Shown here: piece after piece, positions 25,049 to 34,839 of the stretch | How positions within the stretch are numbered: the stretch's first letter is position 1 | Layout: each line of letters begins with the position of its first letter | Assembly (NCBI GenBank): GCA_002189035.1 | Contig: NEEC01000030.1 | Location: forward strand, 310,001 to 374,000 | Direction of reading: 5' to 3' | Length of the DNA: 64,000 nucleotides | Source of the DNA: Utricularia gibba | Lineage: Eukaryota; Plantae; Magnoliophyta | Made by a program: the position numbers and the translations under genes | Notes under the pieces: model-generated | Seen by the model: only the letters and a program-made list of their open reading frames with translations | What the model was told of the DNA's origin: nothing | Database searches by the model: none

Positions 25049-26331
25049 TGACGAACGTTTAGAATGAGGTTGCTAAATGTTGCGGTCTAGCACATTCAAT
25101 GCATCAAAAGAAATTTATAAACCTAGCTATTCTACTACAAAACAAGGGTCGAATCCACAGGGATTAATGTAGTGTGGCAAGCAAGGGTTGAATCCACAGG
25201 GATTAATGTAGTGTGGCAAGCAAGGGTTGAATCCACAGGGAATGTTTGCAATTTCCTGAAGTTTATCACATTTACTGAAAACAGAGGGGTTTCCTAGGGT
25301 TTAGTTCTAACACGGATAAGACCTAAAATAACAGTGACTGAAAGAAACGAGTTGCAGGGATGAAGAGACACTTAAATTAACACGAATGCATAGGAAACAT
25401 AAAATAAAAATGATTTTACTGGGTTTTACACCAGGGTCTAGCTCTTGTGTCACTCAAGAGAGCCCATAGGCTTAAGTCTAGCTTTGGAACGCTTAAAAAC
25501 AAGGCAAGGGTTTGTAGACACAGAGTATGGGTTCGTAGGACCAGTCAATAGCATATTAAGCTTAAAAGAAAACGTGAAAAGCTTAAACAGAAACATGTTT
25601 ATAAGCTAAAGCAAGGTTACAAAGAGTTTCCCGTTCATAGCAAGGTACCGAAATGCAGCATAAAGCATAAAAACCAAGACAGTAGCAGTAGCAAGTTCAC
25701 GCAGAAATAGAAGTGCAGAAAATGGAAAATAAGGCGTCTAGTGGTTGCTCTCGGTCGAAGATCTGCTGAAAATCAAGTTTCTGGGCAGAATGACGGTGTA
25801 GAAGTGTAGATCTGGAGGTCGCCGAAGATGTTTTCCAGAGAAATGAAGTTCTCCTCACTCCTGCTCCTACTGTTCGCTGTCTGTGCACTCTACGTACACA
25901 GTATGCTCTCCCTTCTCTCTCCCTTCCTTTTTCCTTTTGCCACTAAAAAGCAAGGGTAGCTTTGTCTTTTCCCTAGGCTTCTAGAAGGGAGATCTCTGCT
26001 CCAAATCTTATCTTCTCAGAAGAGCGGCTACTTTCAGCGGAAAGTGACTTTTGCACAGCTTTTCTGTTCTATTTGACTTGTCAACACGGAAAGTGCGCAG
26101 TTACAGTACTAGCTCTTACCCTGGTAAGACTTAAAACACAGACTAGACGAAATATTACAGTTTTCGGTTCAATTGTTTCCAATTGAGCCTGTTTTCACAA
26201 TAAACATATTTCAATAGTCTAAATACGCAAAAGAAGACATTTTAGCACACTAAACAACATTTAACCCTACAAAACACACTTAAAAACATATATAAAAACA
26301 CAATAAAAACACAATAAAAACGGTGTTTTCA
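25049..26331 (-). mobile_element. Athila-type solo LTR (1283 bp)
   Basis: TG...CA ends, TSD gtgtg/ttgtg (4 of 5 match), gtcgaatccacaggga motif; removing it restores the host reading frame. Confidence 0.8.
25143..25241. repeat. 39-bp tandem repeat, ~2.5 copies, inside the solo LTR
   Basis: caagggt(c/t)gaatccacagggattaatgtagtgtggcaag at 25143, 25182 and 25221. Confidence 0.95.
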
Positions 26332-28444
26332 TTGTGTTTGCTGGAAGACCTACGAATTCCAACTACTCTCGGCTCCTTCAAGACAATCGGAAAGGTAAAG
26401 TGTAATGTGTGATGTAGTATGGTTGCATGGCTAGTGTACTATGATTTATGTTATTCAATTATTCATGTTGTAGGATTTGATAGACTATCGAAGCAGGGGT
26501 GGATGCATTGTTGACTATGTTCGATGAAAAGAGTGAGGCGTTGAGTGACATACTACCCCCTGTGGTGGACGCTGCCAGTACTCGCCACTTCTGGTGTGGT
26601 CACGGCAGAGTGATACGCGAGTGCCCAAAGCCTGACGACATGATCATTGAGGAAGAGATGTCACTAGCATTTGCATCTTATTGACAGCGGAATGTAGGGA
26701 GCAATGTGGAGGATACATTGGCCCCAGCTACGTTCAAGGCTAGATTGGTATGAAAGTAGGTGGGCATACACTGGACCCAGTTCATCGCAAGCAACAAGTG
26801 CGCAAGCTCCTTGTGTTGGATGTCAACGGAGTGCTAGCGACATTGTCTTCAAAGCCAAGTACTAAAGGTTGCATCGGAAACTAGACGCTGTGATATATGA
26901 GCGAAATAGTAAGACACCTTAACATTGTCTCATGGTTGTGTCATGTTCAACTGATCCATTAGTTTTTCTCGCTTTGGCAGTCTTCCTCAGGCCCTTTGCT
27001 CACGAGTTCATTGAATGGTGTCTTGGAAACTTTGATGTCGACATATGGTCTTCAAGGGGCACGTAAGTCCCACTCCACAAAATCTGCAGTGCATGCGCTG
27101 CTATCTAATACTCTAACATCTCTCTAGGTTCTATAGTGCACAACTACATGAGATCATCAAGTGGGTGTTTAAGCCAGATGCAGACACCTCACTAGCTTTC
27201 ATATGAGATGCATCAAAGACCACCTAAACGCATGTACGTGTGCATGATAATAGGTCAAAAGATGCTATGTTGAAGGAGTTGTCATGGATTTGAGGGGAAG
27301 ATGAAGGCTTCTTGGGTCGGTATGATGCAACCAACACCTTACTTATTGACTCCGTTCAAGTCCATCAGAAACCCAGTTAAGTCAATCTGCAATCATATGG
27401 TCTGGTACGCATGTTTCTTGCTGACACTTAGGCCATGGTCTTATTGTGCCACAGCATGACAACGCTGTCTTCCCGACGCCATACCAGTACACGGATGTAA
27501 GAGATGCTGCGTTAGCTGAGTGTGGAGAAATACGCATATTCCTTCAAGGTCTACTAGAAGCAAATGATGTACCAAGTTTCGTGAAGCATGCACGAATTGG
27601 ACAGCCTCCATTGGATGCTAATCACCCCTATGGGATTATTACAAAGTACTTGCTTGAACATTCATAGCATGTAACAATGGTTTGAATTTCGGAACATTAT
27701 TATGTGACTCAGTCTATTTTAATCATGGATTTTTCAATATACACTTGATAAATTAAAATAAGTAAATATATGTTCTCAAATATTCTTATATGCATATTTA
27801 TTTTAAATAATACCTTGATTTAATATCTTATATTTCTTAGACTACTTTGTTTACTACAATGCCAAAAGAATCCGTTTTAATAATTGGATTCAAAACATCT
27901 TTTATTTATTACACGTTTTATTGATCATGTATAATATTTATTAGTTTTTAGAAGTATAATCTTTTTACTTATTTTCTTTATGAATTTTAAATATTGACTC
28001 TACGAAACAAATTTAAACATGTGGTAACATTCAAAATAAATGAGAACTAAAACAATCTTGAATCGAAAATTCCATGTAAAATATTACATGTTTTTATAAA
28101 TAAGAAATTTATCAAAAACTTGATGCAAGTTAATGAATTTTTCTTATTGAAAATTCTACATATCCGGATTGTATGTGAACACGTAGTCATCATATATTCA
28201 ATTGTCAGGAAACAAACTAATGGAAATTTAAATATTTACACTCTTACACAAATTCTTGAAAGTCTTATTGAATAAAATTGTGTCTATTTAATTTCCATAA
28301 AATACACATAGGATGTGATCAATCAAACTTGTTGTTATTCGATATGTATGTGCATTGGACATATTTTAATTTATGATAGTTGTTGTAATTAAAATAGATT
28401 ATTATAGAGATATAGTGAATTTACATATCATAATATATGCACAC

Positions 28445-28795
28445 AGGCACTCAGTTGGGGCATCGATGCTAGGTACTGCAAGCGCATATTTGCAGTGCCT
28501 AGAAAGATAGGATGCATGCATCCGAAGGACAATCCAGTGTAGTCAATACTTCAAATCGCATGTGGGAGGTCATGCTGGGTGCCACACACAGCAAGACTCA
28601 GTTGGCGCATCGATGCTAGGCATCGCAAGTGCATATTTACGGTGCTTGGAAAGATAGGATGCATGCCTCCGAAGGGCAATCCAGTGCAGTCAATACTTCA
28701 AACCTAACAGTGGGAGCTCGGGCTGAGTGCCACACACATACACTCAGTTGGCGCATCGATACTAGGCACCGCATGTGCATATTTGTTGCATCAGC
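28445..28795. repeat. Dyad array 3: 146-147 bp tandem repeat, ~2.3 copies
   Basis: ctcagttgg(g/c)gcatcgat at 28450, 28597 and 28743; dyads at 28471, 28618 and 28764. Confidence 0.9.
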
Positions 28796-29398
28796 CTGCA
28801 TCAGCCACAGAGTACTCAGCCTGCTTTGTTGCATCAGTAGCATCAGGGACACATTCTGCAAATTCTCCAGTGGCTCTATCTTTACCAAAGATGATGCACC
28901 AATCTGGATAGTAAGGCTAGCGCTTAAACCGCAACAAGTTTTACACATTCTCATTGTGCTGCACATGTAATCCATAAGTGTACATTAATAATCTCATAGG
29001 AACGACCTACTACATATACATTAGAACAACAATACCTGTTTGAACTCCACCCACAAATCCTCACTAGCATCTACCATGTTTGTTGAGTTATCATAGCCGG
29101 TACATGACTTGTTGAGAAAGTCAGATAGGGTATTGTAATCTTTTTTCCAGTTATGAATCTTTGATTGCATATGGGGAGTGCCTCTGATATCTGACCCAGG
29201 ACACAATTTGAGGAACGCTTCCTCTAGTACTTGAAAGTAATTACCTTTGAATCCATTCTTTGCTTTCCACCCACCTTGAATGATATCCTTTAGAGCGTGG
29301 ATCAGAAAGTGCTCTTCATCAGGTTTCCACTGTCTTTTGGTCTTAATGTTGTCACCACTTCTTCCTCATTTTGTTGTAGGGACGTTTGCTCCAACCAT
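28795..29398 (-). pseudogene. PIF/Harbinger ORF1 (Myb/SANT-like DNA-binding protein), 3'-truncated
   Basis: KRQWKPDEEHFLIHAL...GWKAKNGFKGNYF...HMQSKIHNWKKDY...GYDNSTNMVDASEDLW, intron, then WCIIFGKDRATGEFAE. Confidence 0.85.
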
Positions 29399-31229
29399 GC
29401 CTGCAACCAATATGTAAGTGCACAACCAATGACAAAACCACGATGCACAGGTAGCTGAATATGGCACAGGAAGTATAACAACATTATATGGGTTTCAAGG
29501 GCACCATTCACATCCATATTACTCAAAAAACATCACACACTAACACCCAGTCACTCAATCTATGTGGTTAAGGTCATTCAAGGGGAAAATGAAATAAACA
29601 CCTCAAATTTGAGAAAAAAATACCTGGTGCATCACCCAATACCCAATTTTTCGGTAGATCAAACTTGCTCCCGGAGTTACATGAGCCGAAAATCCATGAT
29701 ATTACATCGCAGATCGATGGTTTCGAATTCCCCAATCTGTGAATCTCACATTTCTATATGTGGGTTTAAAACAGGATAATAAGATATTATATTATGCATA
29801 AAGGGTATATTAGAGAATTCCTTTATTCTAGTATTGAGAACCTATACATAAATCCTTCTAAAAAACATACAAAATTGATAATCCCATATAATTGAACCCT
29901 ATCTACCAAATACATAATTCATTCTAAACCATTATTTATGGGATACAAAAAACTAAAATAATCTAACAAACATGGCTGAAGGAGTTTGAAAGAATCAAAG
30001 TTTGGCCTTAAGCACCTAAGAAGAAGGGCTCAATTGAACATCATTATGTCTAATCTATTTACGAGATGTGAGGTATAGGGGTTAGATTTGGGTGCGGAGA
30101 AAATATGGGTTATCACAATAGGTGACAAAGCTCTGGTGGGATGGTTGATTCTATAATCATACTAAACGATGGACGGTGCTATAATGGTTACAAAGTAGTA
30201 CTATTTTAGAATAACACCCCAAAAGCATGCGCAACCAGGTCAGTTTTCATGGTTTGCACACACACACAAGAATGAGTTTTAGACAAGGTGGATGCTAGAT
30301 CCAAAGCCATTTTTCTATATAGTTTTAAAACCAATCTTTCACTTTATTTTTTCTTTTTTGAGTCATTGTTTTGAAAAGAAAATTCCAATAACAATTTCCT
30401 GTGGATACGATCTTTATTTATTAATTCGAGGGTCTTTGTACACTTGATAAATTAACACCAAGTTTTTGGTGTTGTTGCTCAGGAATTATATTCCTTCGAA
30501 ATCTCTTTTCTGATTTTTTTTTCTTTTTATTTGATATTTTTCTGTTATTTTCAAGAACTTCATACTTAGCGCACAAGGAGTTGCTTTTGACTAGTGTTGC
30601 ATGCGCAAGCATAGGGATTCAACTGAGATGTACTCATTGTACCTGGAAATTGACAGGACTTGTCAGAGAATTTGGTTGGAAAATCATTGAGTGCAAGCGC
30701 AATGAAGGGAAAACATGTTTCGGAGGCATTCTAGACATGAGGAGGACTTTCTATAACATTTGAACTAGATAGCGAATGGGAACAGATGCCAAGACATCAG
30801 CCAAACAGGGCAACTAGATCAACCTTGCTGATAAATCAAAGGGGAACAGGTATAGACAGATCTTCTGCTCATCCTGATCGTGCAGGTTCATATCAAAGGC
30901 CTAGTGACGGATTTGATCAAGGGCATGCACGAGAACAAATAGCTACAAGGTTGGGATCAAATCAAGGGGTGGAACTTCTCTGAGAAGGACCCACTAGTTC
31001 ATTATTAGACTCGGAACGAACCAACAAGGCACTGGAACATGATCTAGGAATGCACAAGCACATAGGAGTTAATGAAGGCCATTTTCAATCAGTGCTTACG
31101 CAAGAATGGCAAGAGAACAGAGCTTTTGTACCTCATCAATGAGGGCATCATAGAGTGAAACCGATGCAATAATTGAAATACTCATCATGAGGAGAGATAT
31201 GAATTAATAGAGGATTTTGAAGAGGAAAC

Positions 31230-32576
31230 TGTTAAGTGTCATTTTCTTATTATTTCTTAGGTTGTTTTTATGTTTAAATGTGATTAGAAGTGTCTAATTA
31301 GGAGTCTATAATGTGATATTTGGGTTTTTATCTAGTTTAGGGTAATTATCCTAAATCTTGTATTTTATCTATTAATTTTACTAGTTTTAATTGAGTTTTT
31401 TTAGAGACGCACACGTGGCAGGAAGTGAGAGAAAGAGGGCATTAGATGGCGACAAATTGGATCTTCCCGAGCTGACATTCCCTTGATTTCCGGAAGACTG
31501 TAGACGCCTAATCATGAGCTTTGACGTGCGGAACACGAGAGTCTCTGACAGGCGGCATCATTAGCGTACCAGTGTCAGACGTTGCTTGCAAGTCATCCCA
31601 AGTTCAGCAGAATCATAGGGACACGAAAGCTCAGACTCTCAATGAAGTTTAGTTCTGTTCAGACAAGTTTAGTTTTACCTTCAGTTTAGTTTTCCCTTTT
31701 GTTTCTCTCTCTAGAGGAATTTTCCTCTAGCTTCTCTCTAGAACCTTATTTCGTTTTCTTTAGTTTGTATGGCCGTTCGCGGCTAGAAACTTCCGTTTCT
31801 GGGTTGGAACACCCCCAGATCTATGTATCGTTAGCTTATCTTCACATTTTCTCTGAATCTGAACGGGTTTCGTATGTCTTCGTTCGACCATGTTGCAGTC
31901 TTTCTGTAATAGTCCCCTTGTTCAAGGTTCATGGTTAGCTGATCACTACCCGCGGATTTTGGAGAGGAGCAAGGTGGAAAGCACCAACTCGAGCCCTTTT
32001 GGCAGGAGGAAGACAACGTTTTGTCTATGCCCGTACCTCAGAATCAATGGACAGGTAGTGACCTCGTATCTGGACTCATTGGGTCATTGGCAACACTCGG
32101 GCACACGCGCGCAATTCGGCCGTGAGGGTACGCTGGCAGGACCTCTTATTCTCACGTTCGTCCAAGGAGGAGCAACATCGGGCTATTCCCGTGCCTTCTT
32201 GCAAGAGAGTGTAAGGGAGGGTAGGCAATTCCTTACTCCTATAACCGAGTACTCGAGAGGACCAGAGAAGAGTGAAGACGCAACGAACATAGCTGGACAT
32301 GATTCCAAACCCAGGAACATTTACTTTATTTAAGGTTCATCGCTTACGTTCATTTTAGTTGTTTGCTCAAAACCCCTCTCATTCCCTTACTCAAGCTTCA
32401 TCATCAATGTTTCTCGCACCTTTACTTTCAAAACTGTTTACAAATCGTGACAGTTGTATTCAGGGTGCCTCATCTTTCACTCAAAAACAACTCCCTGTGT
32501 TCGACACCCGTACTACGCTTTTGTGTTTTACGAGTTTTAAAAGTATTAAAATTTGTTGTGGAAACGACACGCATCA
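31230..32576 (+). mobile_element. Gypsy (Athila-type) solo LTR, 1347 bp
   Basis: TG...gcatCA with perfect TSD gaaac/gaaac. Confidence 0.85.
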
Positions 32577-33462
32577 GAAACCCATGGGAGGCAAACACTA
32601 ACACACAGAAGGAATCCACGTGCTAATGAACCACCTAACAAAGATGAAGGACCAACACATGGTAAATCACTTGCATAAGCCAAGAGTCATTGCGTAGAAA
32701 GAGATAGGTACGTGCATAGGGAATTGAATGCCAACAAACTTGCTGTTGATCCTTGAGATGAAGTCTCTTTAGTTGATAATTTTCGACACACAAGGACACC
32801 AAGTCCAATTACTACACCCAACCTTCGCTGATCACTATGGTGCAAAAAAGCCTGTTTCAAAGGATGAAAATTTGGTACAAGATTTGTGGATAAGATAAAG
32901 ATTTGAAGATGATCTATGAAAATCTAGATAAAAGATTTCAATAAAAGATCTTATCCAAGCTCAGCAAACAAGATCAATACGAAGATTCGAATCTTCTCTA
33001 ATATAAATACTCCACTCTCTTAACCATATCAGACATCTATAGACTATTTTTCCTTTTTATTTTTCCTATTTTCAAATTTATTTTCATATTAGAGTGAAGC
33101 GTGCATGTGTAGGCGTTTTTAGCTGAGGATCTATGGTGAAGCCTTCCTTGCGCAAATCTTGTGCATGTGATTGATTTACCATGTTTTTTGACATTTAATT
33201 TGACGTCTAATTCTGTTTTTTGAAACGCCTTCTTTACAACATGCTCTTTTTACCACATAACTCAAAGGGAATGTGGGAGAATCTCGGATTGGCCTGAAGT
33301 ACCTAAGGAGAAGGGTTCAATCATACATTGTTGGTAAGACACAATTTGTCTGCTCTGTCTGTGAGATGTGAGGTGTAGGGGTTAGATTTGGATGTAGGGA
33401 AAATACGGATTATCACAAGAGGTGAAATGTCTCTAGTGGCATAGTTGATTCTATAATCTCAC

Positions 33463-34534
33463 TGATAACACATATTTTTGAGTATTTAGGAGTAACAAAA
33501 TGTCTAATATTTTGCCAAAAAACTCAAATTCTGGCATGAATTTCTATGCTTTTTTTGACTAATACTGCAGTCACATCTTTTATTCCTAATTGGGACTAAA
33601 TATAGCTTTAGTCCCAATCTTAGTTCTAATTTTTTCCTAGAGCGATGCACCAGTTGTTAGTCAACCCAAATCCTGAGGAGCCAAAGAAGAACAGTGTAGT
33701 TGTAGAAAGTGTGGACAAAAGGGTGAATGGAGTACAACCAAATCCCAAGGAGAAAAAGAAGAGAGATTTTGGTGATAATGAGAGAGAAGGATCTTCCCAT
33801 TGGAGAACATGACACACACTAGAGGGGAGGAGATGTGGGATGAACTAGGAAGAACAATGAAGAAGACATCTTAGGAACAAAGCTCATGTCTGAATACTGT
33901 CTTTAGTTTTCTATTGGACTTTTTACATTCTATGGTTGTTTGTTTTTGGTTATCGAACTTTGATATGAGTACAACATGGATGATATTTTATGTTCTATTT
34001 TCATTTATCTTAAGCATGAGTGGCTAAGCATTTACGGGTGTCTTGGAGGAAGGGGGAGTAGTGTGCTAATCAATCTTTATACCTTGTTAACCATAAATCA
34101 CACTATTTCCTTAACAAAACAAGATAGATCCAAGAGGAGAAAGTAGTGAAACTCATCTTAACAACCTTAGTTAGAGCTAGACTAAAGATTGGGGGGGAAA
34201 CAAGATCTAGACTTTGTGAGACGTTTGATTTGTGGTTTAGGTGAGAGTGTTTTAGAGATAAGCATACATCCCCTGAAAGTCCCAAGGCATCACCTGATCT
34301 CATTCTAGATAATGTTACATTTTTACCTGTTTACTACCTTTCTGCATGTTATTACAAGCTTTTTAATCCTGGCCTAGACTAAATCTCTTAGTTGTGACAT
34401 CTATTGAATGCATTGATTTTCACATAATCACTATGCTCATAATTGTATTATGCTTAAACATGTATTAGGTTTATAAATTTTATTTGATAGAAGAATTTGT
34501 AATTTTGACAACGTTGAATTTTTTTTGTTTATCA
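33463..34534 (+). mobile_element. Athila-type solo LTR, 1072 bp
   Basis: tgataa...ttatca ends; TSD ctcac/cccac; the flanks rejoin to the sequence seen uninterrupted at ~30145-30175 and, reversed, at ~54950-54985. Confidence 0.85.
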
Positions 34535-34839
34535 CCCACTAAACGAGGGACGGTGCTATAATGATCATCAAATAGCACTATTTTAGAATAACATACTAGA
34601 ACTTGTTAAAGCAGGTAGTCTTCAAGGTTTACACACACAAGTAAGGGTGAGTTTTGAGCAAGGTGGAACTTAGACCCAAAGTCGCTTTTTATATTGTTTT
34701 TAAAACCAAACTTTTGTTTTTTTTTCAGTCTTTATGAGTCTTTGTTTTAAAAAAAAATTCCAATAACAATTCCTTGTGGATATGATCTTATTTTATTGCT
34801 TCAATAATTTCTGTGCACTTGTAGAATTACTACGAGAGC

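Larger units (their letters stand above)
24614..27667 (+). pseudogene. TRP28-like + FCP1/NIF-like HAD phosphatase fusion gene, copy B (interrupted by a solo LTR)
   Basis: MLTSKKL...FRCGLRLP...HFSLKGKP...WWTSYIWV; GVDALLTMF; LDWYESRW; RKLLVLDVNGVLA; VFLRPFAHEFIEWCLGNFDVDIWSSRG; AMLKEL; TNTLLID; PQHDNAVFPTPY...EIRIFLQGL. Confidence 0.78.
22611..29977 (+). mobile_element. Putative composite PIF/Harbinger element (transposase + fusion-gene copy B + Myb/SANT ORF)
   Basis: Convergent transposase and Myb/SANT genes; possible right terminus aacaaacatggct (29965-29977) resembling the PIF CCAAACA..GCC end; left TIR not identified. Confidence 0.45.
29980..34835 (+). mobile_element. Internally deleted Athila-type element (partial 5' LTR, decayed tRNA-Asp PBS, gag-side fragment, 3' LTR) carrying two nested solo LTRs
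   Basis: LTR end at 30460, then tggtgttgttgctcagga (30467-30484; cf. TGGCGCCGTTGCCGGGGA); 30060-30460 is homologous to 33350-33460 plus 34535-34835. The two LTRs are quite diverged and may belong to different copies. Confidence 0.55.

Noticed and set aside
25143-25241. CRISPR-like array
   Set aside because: Head-to-tail repeats with no unique spacers, inside a plant LTR, with no cas genes.
28445-28795. Centromeric or satellite DNA (146-bp period)
   Set aside because: Only ~2.3 copies, embedded in a TE context.
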